Assembly (NCBI GenBank): GCA_964349125.1
Contig: CAYGFH010000001.1
Coordinates: 261,408-325,407, forward strand
From: an uncultured Gammaproteobacteria bacterium
Lineage (GTDB): Bacteria; Patescibacteriota; Microgenomatia; UBA10105; UBA927
Reading direction: 5' to 3'
DNA length: 64,000 nucleotides
Below are positions 27,899 through 35,761 of the stretch, one piece after another. The notes under the pieces are model-generated. The model was given only the letters and a program-made list of their open reading frames with translations, had not been told where the DNA came from and made no database searches. The translations under genes and the position numbers were made by a program. Every line of letters starts with the position of its first letter. Position 1 is the first letter of the stretch.

Positions 27899-28327
27899 CT
27901 ACAATTTATACCGTTCCATTTTTCGAAGCGTCTTTGATTCATGTTCTTTATAGAATTCAGATGTCATATCACTACCGCATGTAAATATATCTCCTCCGTC
28001 ATGAATTAATTTAAACTGGGTCACATCATATGATGCGGAATCAACAGTAATAATACACCGTGCGTCAGGCGAAGCAGTTGGTGAAGGCTCCTCCACTTTC
28101 GGCTCAGAGGTTGGAGTGCCCGTTTGTATACTGTTGTTTTCTTGTGATGGCTGCGGAGACTGTGTGATGGAAGGTGGAGTTACACGCTTATCCATGGACG
28201 CATCTCGTATAGCCGTATTTGATGCACCTACGACGGAACCGACAGAATATACACACACACCAAACACAGCGGTAAAGCTGCATACAGTGAGTATTTTCAA
28301 TAACCGATCAATAGGAAAATTCCTCAT
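27899..28327 (-). CDS. membrane-anchored cytochrome b5-like domain protein with P/T/S-rich linker
   Basis: N-terminal transmembrane helix. The C-terminus (ASYDVTQFKLIHDGGDIF...EFYKEHES) matches the cytochrome b5 fold (VYDVTKF..HPGG) with two candidate His heme ligands. Confidence 0.5.
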   Translation of the reverse strand: MRNFPIDRLLKILTVCSFTAVFGVCVYSVGSVVGASNTAIRDASMDKRVTPPSITQSPQPSQENNSIQTGTPTSEPKVEEPSPTASPDARCIITVDSASYDVTQFKLIHDGGDIFTCGSDMTSEFYKEHESKTLRKMERYKL

Positions 28328-29198
28328 AACATACCATTCTGGGGTTCACCCCTTCTCTGTACAGCTGATCCTTCATAGAGTGCATCATAGGTTCGGGGCC
28401 ACACAAGAGATACATGGTTTTCCCCGTATGCGGCGTATCTGCAAGCACATCGCGTGCAGTCAGCCGGGATCCGGATTCAGTTATCCGCACATGATACTCA
28501 ATGTTTGATTGTGTTTCTGAAAAGTATGTTTCCAAATGGAGATCTTCAACATCTTTTTTTGAGCGGACACTATAATAGAGATGAAACGTAGTCTTAGGCA
28601 ACTGTTTTGCAAAATGCCTGATCATGCCCAAAAATGGAGTGATACCGATACCGCCTGCTATGCACACAACTGTGTCTTTGCCGAAAATTTTCTCATAGAG
28701 TGTGCCGTACGGACCGTATACTACTGCTGTATCTCCCGCTTTTATGACTGAGAGTTCCCTGGTAAAATCCCCGACAGGCTTTATCCATATTTCCATATAC
28801 CCGTCTGTTGGCACAGACACTAACGAAAATGGATGTGTTTCTTTTTTAAATCCGTCTTTTTGAAACCCAACATATACGAACTGCCCGGGAATATAGTTCA
28901 TTTCCTTTCCTGTTGGTATAATCCGAAACATTTGCCAACCGCTTTGTGAACGTCTGACCGATGAAACTATATATGAATATCTGGGACCAACAATATGATA
29001 GAGTAACTGCCTATATACGAAAGAAAACAATCCAAGTCCAAAATATGTGAGTATATACGCCCGCAGCGGGAAATACCCTGAAATATCGCTTTCGATTAAC
29101 AAAGAATGTATAAACCCCAGCACAAATGATACGATGAAAAATGTTTGGACGCGTACAAAAGTCTGATATTCAAGTCTCGCAAATACCACCAAAGCCAA
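28308..29198 (-). CDS. NOX/ferric-reductase-type FAD- and NAD(P)-binding domain (C-terminal part of a split FRE-like oxidoreductase)
   Basis: FNR-like motifs (GGIGITPF, CGPEPMM). The ORF begins with a non-ATG start and overlaps the upstream transmembrane-domain ORF by 103 bp in another frame. Confidence 0.65.
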   Translation of the reverse strand: MALVVFARLEYQTFVRVQTFFIVSFVLGFIHSLLIESDISGYFPLRAYILTYFGLGLFSFVYRQLLYHIVGPRYSYIVSSVRRSQSGWQMFRIIPTGKEMNYIPGQFVYVGFQKDGFKKETHPFSLVSVPTDGYMEIWIKPVGDFTRELSVIKAGDTAVVYGPYGTLYEKIFGKDTVVCIAGGIGITPFLGMIRHFAKQLPKTTFHLYYSVRSKKDVEDLHLETYFSETQSNIEYHVRITESGSRLTARDVLADTPHTGKTMYLLCGPEPMMHSMKDQLYREGVNPRMVCYEEFSY

Positions 29199-29593
29199 AA
29201 TAATGCTGAGAGACCAAAAGAAAGAATGCCCGCGGTATAGGCAATATTATCTGAGGGCAACAGCAGTTTTGTAAGCATCAATGGAAGATTCGTATAGTGC
29301 AGGAGGAGCCCGATAAAGTGTGAGGATAATAACATAAACGAAATTCTTCCCATCCGCTGATGGATTCGATACACGGTATCAAGTCCTCCAAACATCTGCT
29401 CGAGAAAACCAATCCTGCTTGAAAGGAAAGAAGTGAGGGCATATGACACGACGCCAAGAAGGCCTGAAATCTGGGCGAAGGAAAGCCATGGTTTACGCAT
29501 CACCTCCGGTACACCCGATTTGGATAACAGAAAAAGCTCAATACAAAATAAGAATGATAACGCTATAAAGACTAATCCGTATCGTGATTTCAT
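29096..29593 (-). CDS. ferric reductase-like transmembrane domain (N-terminal part of a split FRE/NOX-like oxidoreductase)
   Basis: Four or five transmembrane helices, with a His pair 14 residues apart in one helix (HQRMGRISFMLLSSH), characteristic of bis-heme ferric reductase domains. Confidence 0.55.
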   Translation of the reverse strand: MKSRYGLVFIALSFLFCIELFLLSKSGVPEVMRKPWLSFAQISGLLGVVSYALTSFLSSRIGFLEQMFGGLDTVYRIHQRMGRISFMLLSSHFIGLLLHYTNLPLMLTKLLLPSDNIAYTAGILSFGLSALFWLWWYLRDLNIRLLYASKHFSSYHLCWGLYILC

Positions 29594-29950
29594 AATGCTA
29601 ATGTTCCTATGACCGGGTACTTCTGTTTTACTATCGATCCGCCAGCAATTCGAAGCATGACTGTAGCATCAGTACCGGCGAGGAAATGATATGCACCTCC
29701 GGGAGCGTAGTATGCACTTCCTGAAGATACATCATAAATATTTCCTTCGAATGCTAACAGTATTTGCTGATATTTTCCTGAACCGGTGTTCAGATAATTC
29801 CTGCAGTGTGTACTCTTTGACGCTTCCATGGCTCTTGCCTATATCTGGATATTGTTTTGCGCCCAGCCGTATTGCCGTGATATAAATGCTTAAACTGGCC
29901 AGAAATACCCCAACAAATAACACAGTGTAACGTTCCAACACTATCTTCAT
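29590..29950 (-). pseudogene. cytochrome b5-like domain protein, apparently disrupted by a 1-nt frameshift near 29805-29812
   Basis: Frame A (29950 downwards) gives a transmembrane anchor plus EYTLQELSEH, the start of the cyt b5 domain. Frame B (ORF 29590-29829) continues with GSGKYQQILLAFEGNIYDVS...APGG...AGTDAT. Removing one C in CACCGG joins the frames into a canonical b5 domain. Confidence 0.4.
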
Positions 29951-30017
29951 GAGTACTGATTATACTATGACACCATGGGCAAAAAATGATGTTGGTCACA
30001 CAAAGAAGATTTTTGGC

Positions 30018-30836
30018 CTATGGATTCTGTTCTTGTTCTTTTTCAAGTTCAGCAATTCTGTTTTTCAGTTCTATCATCTTTAACTCTCTATCCACCATCG
30101 TGCTATTGAGCAATTCTAATTCTGAAATATGAGTATTTCTTTCCTTCACTTCTGAACGATATTGCAGTTCTGCAGCCTTCAGATCAGATAGTATAGGTAA
30201 ATACTCTGACGCGGGCACAGTTGTATCTTTAACACATTCGTATACATCAGGTGGTATATAGTGTGGACTTTTGATTTGTATATCGTCTACACGTATTTCC
30301 GGATGGACCCGAAGAACATTATAGACAGTTCCATAGGAAATTTTATTGGCATCATATAGGCATAACCCGACAATGGGCATCGTTGAAGTCAACCTGTTTA
30401 CCATTGATTCATAGTCCAACAGTCTCCCGATGCTTTCTTCGTTAGCAAGACTCCAAACCACATCGCCTGATACATATATGCCTTTGTATTTCTCCTGTAT
30501 CGCACAGGTGCAAATATCCTTAAAAATACTCAGGGTTCGATTTGCGTCAAAAATACCCGTTTGTGCATATGTGTCCCGTGCTGAAAAATGGATAAATTGT
30601 CCACTAGTTATGTACGGAGTTAAATCAAAGTCTTTTTCACGAAACAGACCTATCAGATCATCTTTTGTATACGAATCTGTCGTACATACACACTTGTACT
30701 GTGAGGTAAGTCCTCGTACAAAAAATGGGGTAATCAAATCCGCATGTTCCTGGGAAGAAGCGTACAATTGGCAGGAATGCGACCCATTATGACCGTCATG
30801 CACGCGTTGCTGTTGCCCTTCTGTAACCTGATGCAT
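30018..30836 (-). CDS. MEDS-domain sensor protein with C-terminal coiled coil
   Basis: The N-terminal HSCQLYASSQEHADLITPFFVRGL pattern resembles the MEDS (DcmR-like) domain. The C-terminal ~60 aa are heptad-rich (ELELLNSTMVDRELKMIELKNRIAELEKE). Confidence 0.5.
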   Translation of the reverse strand: MHQVTEGQQQRVHDGHNGSHSCQLYASSQEHADLITPFFVRGLTSQYKCVCTTDSYTKDDLIGLFREKDFDLTPYITSGQFIHFSARDTYAQTGIFDANRTLSIFKDICTCAIQEKYKGIYVSGDVVWSLANEESIGRLLDYESMVNRLTSTMPIVGLCLYDANKISYGTVYNVLRVHPEIRVDDIQIKSPHYIPPDVYECVKDTTVPASEYLPILSDLKAAELQYRSEVKERNTHISELELLNSTMVDRELKMIELKNRIAELEKEQEQNP

Positions 30837-30897
30837 ACCTATCCTATAAGGATAGTACTGGTGATTGGAAAATGCAAATTTTAGGTGTTGAGATTTG

Positions 30898-31341
30898 CTA
30901 TTTGGACAGGATGTGTACTATCAGGATTGATGCTATAAGGATATTGATAAACCCACTGACAAACCAGGCCATTAGCAAAACTGATGGAACGTTGAACATC
31001 ACACAAGTCGGTATTGTGAAAAATATAAATGAACAGGCAACCAGGATGTCTGCGAAAAAAAATATCCTCTGCCACCTTTTCTTCGGCAGATAGTCGCGCA
31101 GGTAATAATAGATAATGCACAAGGATACGCCTATCGTAAACATAGCAACTGTTGAGGCAATAAAATACTCCGTTGAAGTAAAACGCATGGGTATACTCCA
31201 CAATCCTTTATACTGTGGCATCAGGTAATACTTGGAAGTAAAAATAGATTCTATATAACGTATGATGGAGGCGGCTGTCGTGTACAGTACTCCAATAAGT
31301 AATACGTTTCCCCATGCTATCTGACGTATCCATGAAATCAT
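30898..31341 (-). CDS. hypothetical integral membrane protein
   Basis: 147 aa with four predicted transmembrane helices. Overlaps the downstream gene by 4 bp. Confidence 0.4.
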   Translation of the reverse strand: MISWIRQIAWGNVLLIGVLYTTAASIIRYIESIFTSKYYLMPQYKGLWSIPMRFTSTEYFIASTVAMFTIGVSLCIIYYYLRDYLPKKRWQRIFFFADILVACSFIFFTIPTCVMFNVPSVLLMAWFVSGFINILIASILIVHILSK

Positions 31342-31922
31342 ATTGCGGGTCCCAAAGGCAGAATGATTTTTTTATGAACTTCGTTTGCTACCTGAGCAAC
31401 TGCCGTATAGAATGCAAGAAGTCCGCAGATAATTCCTACAAATCCTGCAACCGTCAGTATCAACTGGCTGCCGGTAATATTTCCCAAAGCCAATAACACG
31501 AAAAGCAGTGTAAGGGTGCCAAATACTAATTGTAGTGCGCGGTTTATCCTACGTGTGCATACAAAAAACGTAAATGTCAAAAATCCCCAGAGGAACAGAT
31601 AATACCCCATGGAGAGCGGATCGGCAGGAGCAGTAATCCCCAGCTTTGGGAGAATCCAGATTGCAACAAGGCTGAGCCAGAAAAATCCATACGAAAGAAA
31701 CGCGGTAGTACCAAACGTGTTTCCCTTTTTCCATTCCATCAATCCTGCGACAATCTGGGCCAATCCACCGTAAAAGAGTCCCATGCCGATAATCATGGCG
31801 TTGATCGGGAAAAATCCTGCATTATGCAGATTTAATAGAATTGTGGTCAAACCAAATCCCAACAGCCCCAGAGGAGCCGGATTTGCAGATGTATCTTTGA
31901 TCGTCGTCGTCGTTTCAGTCAT
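31338..31922 (-). CDS. satP: GPR1/FUN34/YaaH (SatP) family acetate/succinate channel
   Basis: NPAPLGLLGFGLTT motif and six transmembrane helices. 194 aa. Confidence 0.8.
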   Translation of the reverse strand: MTETTTTIKDTSANPAPLGLLGFGLTTILLNLHNAGFFPINAMIIGMGLFYGGLAQIVAGLMEWKKGNTFGTTAFLSYGFFWLSLVAIWILPKLGITAPADPLSMGYYLFLWGFLTFTFFVCTRRINRALQLVFGTLTLLFVLLALGNITGSQLILTVAGFVGIICGLLAFYTAVAQVANEVHKKIILPLGPAI

Positions 31923-31985
31923 AGGCAGTAATCTAAGTAAGACATACGTGAGGGCATGCTGTCAACGATAGAACCTGTATTTAGG

Positions 31986-32384
31986 TTATGTGGTAATCTC
32001 CCAGATATGGTTATCCGGATCTTTGAAGTATGCGACAGATTGTCCCCAAGACATGTTGGATGGTCCTGAAAATATCTGTATCCCCTTCTCTCTTAACTCT
32101 TCACAGCTTTTTGCTATGTCCTCCACCTGATACGCATATACTGCACCGCCTCCAGAAGTCATATGTGAAGCGGGAAACATGGAAGTTGCCTGATCTTTTT
32201 GAAAAATAGCAAGAAGTGTATCCCCCAGTTTAAAATCCGCGTATTTCCCATCTTGTGAGTTCAGTATAAGTCCTAAGGTATCGCGGTAAAATCGCAGCGA
32301 AACTTCAAAATCGTGTACAAGCAAACAGACAGCATAGAGTGATTTCATACTATGAGTATACTCCCGGCTCTCTCTACTACTCAA
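31986..32384 (-). CDS. VOC-family (glyoxalase/bleomycin resistance) protein
   Basis: 132 aa with the pattern H..........D and the C-terminal HIWEI characteristic of the VOC fold. Confidence 0.65.
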   Translation of the reverse strand: MSSRESREYTHSMKSLYAVCLLVHDFEVSLRFYRDTLGLILNSQDGKYADFKLGDTLLAIFQKDQATSMFPASHMTSGGGAVYAYQVEDIAKSCEELREKGIQIFSGPSNMSWGQSVAYFKDPDNHIWEITT

Positions 32385-32440
32385 TTCCCAATCACGGCTG
32401 TTTTGCGGTATAATAAACTCCTACATATGATCTTGCGGGA

Positions 32441-32766
32441 TCTTTTTTCATACTGAGCAAAGCTGCGAGATCGTATAATGGTAGTACGCATCCCTCTGGA
32501 GGATGTTATCTAGGTTCGAGTCCTAGTCTCGCAGCTTTGCTCAGTAGAAATGGTAGTACGTCCCGATGAACATCGGGATTATCTATGTTCGGGAATGAGG
32601 AGTATTATCGAAGTGGCGATTCCGATAATATGCGGATCATTCATGGGTCTCGCCAATAGCGGACGAACATCGTCCTAGTCCCGCAGCTTTGCTAATATAA
32701 AGCACTACTCAGTAGTACGTCCCGCTAAGAGGAATTATCTAGATTCGAGTCATAGTTACGGAGCAA
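32441..32766 (+). repeat. composite tRNA-Gln-derived repeat, copy A
   Basis: Contains a 5' tRNA stub TGCGGGATC (32441-32449), a full tRNA, two tRNA-3'-half-derived hairpin modules, an inverted repeat (ATTATCGAA...TTCCGATAAT) and a second copy of the tRNA 3' end (TCCTAGTCCCGCAGC). About 85% identical to copy B at 34425-34790. Confidence 0.8.
32464..32534 (+). tRNA. tRNA-Gln (anticodon CUG)
   Basis: Hand-folded cloverleaf: acceptor TGCGAGA/TCTCGCA (7 bp, U1:A72), U8, D-stem GTAT/GTAC, D-loop AATGGTA (GG), anticodon stem CATCC/GGATG, loop CU-CUG-GA, variable TTAT, T-stem CTAGG/CCTAG, T-loop TTCGAGT, discriminator G73. No encoded CCA. Confidence 0.8.
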
Positions 32767-32833
32767 GTTGGTTTTAGGATCAATTTTTATCGCCCCTGAA
32801 TGGAAAGTTCGAACTTTCTGGTATAATTACTTC

Positions 32834-33229
32834 ATGAATGATGACCTAAAAAAGATAATTGAGAGTTCCTCTTTTGTTGTTCACGAGGGTAAGTTTGTTT
32901 ACACCAAAGTAAAAACTGCTCCAGAGATTAACAAGCATTTTCTGGTAAGCAAAGATGCTGATGAAATTACCGTTGTTACTAAAGAAGAGAATCTCACGGA
33001 AATAGACGTTATTGAGAGAAATAAAGATAACTATTCGTTGATTGAATTAAAAGTATCCGTTCCATTTTATTCTGTTGGTTTTCTTGCCACAGTAAGCTCT
33101 GAAATAGCAAAACTGGGAATGAATATACTTATCATTTCTACTTACTCAAAAGATTACATTATGGTTCGAATTGAACATACGGAAAAAGCAATTCAAACAT
33201 TAACGAGTCTGGGATTTTCTAAGAAATAA
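32834..33229 (+). CDS. small ACT-like domain protein (cargo gene 1 of the tRNA-Gln-flanked cassette)
   Basis: The ORF track starts at TTG 32768 inside the repeat; the likely start is ATG 32834 (MNDDLKKII). The C-terminal region (NILIISTYSKDYIMVRIEHTEKAIQTL) resembles ACT_7-type domains. AT-rich codon usage. Confidence 0.45.
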   Translation: MNDDLKKIIESSSFVVHEGKFVYTKVKTAPEINKHFLVSKDADEITVVTKEENLTEIDVIERNKDNYSLIELKVSVPFYSVGFLATVSSEIAKLGMNILIISTYSKDYIMVRIEHTEKAIQTLTSLGFSKK

Positions 33230-33276
33230 GTTCTGATACTTTCTGTCAAAAGAAGTCAAATGTTTTGACCTAAAAA

Positions 33277-33723
33277 ATGGCTATCATGTGGCAAACGATA
33301 GAACCTTTACACAATCAACGTATGCTATCAAAACGATTTCAATTAATTTTAGTTTTATCTTTACTTCTCAACTACCTTCATGGTTTTGAATGTATCCTGA
33401 CAAAGTTTTACGACCTTCAGCCAAATTTTTATTTCTTTACTGAATACTTACATAGTATTCATGAGAGCGTTTATTTTGTTTTCCATGGAACCTTTTGGGT
33501 ATTCATCCTCTTGGCATTCTTTTTACTCAAAGGTGGGAAGTGGATTTTTATTCCACTTGCATTGTATGGATCTGTTTTCTTTACTGAGTTTCACCACTTT
33601 GTTAGAGGAGTATTGATGATGAGCTACTACCCCGGAATGATTACTTCATTGTTTTTCCCAATACTTGGAGTTTTTTACTGGAAAGAAGTCTTACAGCTTT
33701 GGAAAAAGGTTTCAAAGAGCTAG
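33277..33723 (+). CDS. small integral membrane protein (HXXEE-like motifs)
   Basis: 148 aa with four transmembrane helices and motifs LHGFEC and EFHHF. AT-rich. Confidence 0.4.
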   Translation: MAIMWQTIEPLHNQRMLSKRFQLILVLSLLLNYLHGFECILTKFYDLQPNFYFFTEYLHSIHESVYFVFHGTFWVFILLAFFLLKGGKWIFIPLALYGSVFFTEFHHFVRGVLMMSYYPGMITSLFFPILGVFYWKEVLQLWKKVSKS

Positions 33724-33751
33724 ATAATAGGTTCATCAGGTGGAGTAAAAC

Positions 33752-34378
33752 ATGAAATACTATCTTTCATCATATAAACTAGGCAACAGTACTAAAAAAC
33801 TTGAAGCGTGGGTAGCAAACACCTCTCGCAAATTTGCATATATTCCAAATGCTCGCGATTTCACCAATGCTGACCCAGAAAAGAAAAGGCACGACACAGA
33901 AGAAGACATGAATCAACTCCATAAATTAGGAATAGAGGTGGAGTTATTAAATTTAAAAGATTATTTTGATAGACAAGTAGAATTAAAACGAAAATTGGAT
34001 TCTCTAAACGGAGTTTATATAAGTGGCGGAAATTCATTTGTTCTTCGGCAGGCAATGAAACTAAGTGGACTAGATAAATTAATTTTGGAAATGAAGAGTA
34101 GAGACGATTTTATTTACATCGGCTATAGTGCTGCAGTCTGTGTTTTATGCTCTAACCTGAAATACTATGCCATCACCGACGATGCAAATGATTTTCCATA
34201 TCCACAACTTAAAAAACAGGTTTGGAATGGCTTGGGAGTTTTGGAATATATTTTTGAGCCGCATTATCATTCTGACCACCCCGAATCTGCTAGTACAGAT
34301 AAAGAGATACAGAAACTAATCGAGGACAAAGTATTGTTTAAGGCATTCAAGGATGGAGAGGTTTTAATAATTGAATAG
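33752..34378 (+). CDS. peptidase S51 (dipeptidase E / cyanophycinase-like) family protein
   Basis: VYISGGNSFVLRQAM and IGYSAAVCV (Ser nucleophile context) are typical of the PepE/S51 class-I glutamine-amidotransferase-like fold. Preceded by a GGTGGAG RBS. Confidence 0.7.
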   Translation: MKYYLSSYKLGNSTKKLEAWVANTSRKFAYIPNARDFTNADPEKKRHDTEEDMNQLHKLGIEVELLNLKDYFDRQVELKRKLDSLNGVYISGGNSFVLRQAMKLSGLDKLILEMKSRDDFIYIGYSAAVCVLCSNLKYYAITDDANDFPYPQLKKQVWNGLGVLEYIFEPHYHSDHPESASTDKEIQKLIEDKVLFKAFKDGEVLIIE

Positions 34379-34424
34379 ATATTTATAGGATCGAACTGCT
34401 CCAGGCCTGTGCGATCAACACTGT

Positions 34425-34790
34425 TCAGTAATACGTCCCGCTTAGCGGGATTATCTGGGTTCGTTTAAAATTGAATACATATTGCAAAGCTGCGGGATTC
34501 GTATTTTTGTTTAGTGAGCAGCGCTGCGGGATCGTATAATGGTAGTACGCATCCCTCTGGAGGATGTTATCTAGGTTCGAGTCCTAGTCCCGCAGCACTG
34601 CTCAGTAGTACGCCCCGACGGATGCGTCGGGATTATCTAGGTTCGGGAATGAGGAGCATTATCGAAACTGCGATTTCGATAATATGCAGATCATTCATGA
34701 AAGCGCGAAGCGCTGAACATCGTCCTAGTCCCGCAGCACTACTCAGTAGTACGCCCTGATCTAGATTACACTTAAGAGATGCCACTTGAT
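34425..34790 (+). repeat. composite tRNA-Gln-derived repeat, copy B
   Basis: Has the same module order as copy A plus an extra upstream hairpin module (34425-34465). Includes a 5' tRNA stub (CAAAGCTGCGGGATTCGTAT, 34478-34497), a full tRNA, a perfect 10-bp inverted repeat (ATTATCGAAA-6 nt-TTTCGATAAT, 34658-34683) and a second tRNA 3'-end copy (TCCTAGTCCCGCAGC, 34724-34738). Confidence 0.8.
34525..34595 (+). tRNA. tRNA-Gln (anticodon CUG), second copy
   Basis: Identical to the 32464 copy except for a compensatory change in the acceptor stem (G5:C68 here, A5:U68 in copy A). The cloverleaf folds by hand. Confidence 0.8.
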
Positions 34791-35258
34791 TTGGTTTTTC
34801 TTTTTTCATTAAATATCTTTGTACATTATCGCACTGATATTCCTCAATCCATTCAATACAATATTTACCATATGACAACATCAGAAAAAGTAAAAAACAT
34901 GCTTTTTTGGGGATTTATACTCTGGCTGGTCGGGTATATTGCAGGAATCGTATTATTTTTTATTGTACCCAAGGAGTATATCGGTTGGATTATTACCCCA
35001 CTGGCTACCATATTTATTATCTGGGTATTGATGCGCAAGGTTAAGAGGCCGGAGTTGATGTGCTACTTTGGAACCGGACTCATTTGGACTGTCATGGCTG
35101 TCGTATTGGATTACCTGTTTAATGTCGTTCTGTTTAAAATTGGAAATTCGTATTACCAGCCGGATGTTTTCTTATATTATATTCTCACGTTCACCCTCCC
35201 GATTGCCGTAGGATACTGGAAATATACACATAAATCCCCAAAGGCAAAACTGTTTTAG
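34779..35258 (+). CDS. hypothetical integral membrane protein
   Basis: 159 aa with four transmembrane helices. Confidence 0.45.
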   Translation: MPLDLVFLFSLNIFVHYRTDIPQSIQYNIYHMTTSEKVKNMLFWGFILWLVGYIAGIVLFFIVPKEYIGWIITPLATIFIIWVLMRKVKRPELMCYFGTGLIWTVMAVVLDYLFNVVLFKIGNSYYQPDVFLYYILTFTLPIAVGYWKYTHKSPKAKLF

Positions 35259-35318
35259 GGTTACTGGGTCCTGGTATAGAGTTATTGATAGGTCGAAGTG
35301 TTTACTACCGGTTCAGAA

Positions 35319-35756
35319 CTATTTTATTTGACCTGCCCCACCCGCTTTTTCCGCTTTCTTTATAATTTCCACAAGTATGGACGTGTCTATATCTTCGAGT
35401 TTTTTAAACCGTATGCAACTTTTGCCAATGCTTGCTTTGGGCAGGGAATCTCTATATTCATCTGCTATATACTTCCCATCTTCCATCGAACATACGTAGA
35501 GTGAAATATAATTTTTCTGATTCGCTAGAGCTATCAAAGACCAATCACCCTCCCTCCCGCTTGCATATCGGTAGGGATATGTTCCATATCCAATCATGCC
35601 GGATAGGATACGCGGCTTGAGTTTCGGCACAGTTTTTTGAATCAATACATGAAGTGCTTCAATATGGTTCTTTCGCGGTTCGGGAACTGCAGCAATATAT
35701 TCTTCAGGGCTCTGGGCAGATGTCGGCTTAAACATATTCATAGCCTTGTATAACAA
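35319..35756 (-). CDS. DUF1801 (YdhG-like) domain protein
   Basis: SPEEYIAAVPEPRKNHIEALHVLIQKTVPKL...IGYGTY pattern matches DUF1801. Confidence 0.6.
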   Translation of the reverse strand: MLYKAMNMFKPTSAQSPEEYIAAVPEPRKNHIEALHVLIQKTVPKLKPRILSGMIGYGTYPYRYASGREGDWSLIALANQKNYISLYVCSMEDGKYIADEYRDSLPKASIGKSCIRFKKLEDIDTSILVEIIKKAEKAGGAGQIK

Positions 35757-35761
35757 ACATA

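Noticed and set aside
29732-29999. ORFs 29732-29950 and 29790-29999 as separate genes
   Set aside because: 29732-29950 is the N-terminal frame of the frameshifted b5-like gene and is merged into the pseudogene call. 29790-29999 is an overlapping alternative frame without support.
32544-32595. Additional tRNA genes in the repeat regions (for example 32544-32595, 34601-34650)
   Set aside because: Hand folding shows no 5' acceptor strand or D-arm, and the anticodon arm is replaced by a 2-4 nt-loop hairpin. These are tRNA-derived fragments, not functional tRNAs.
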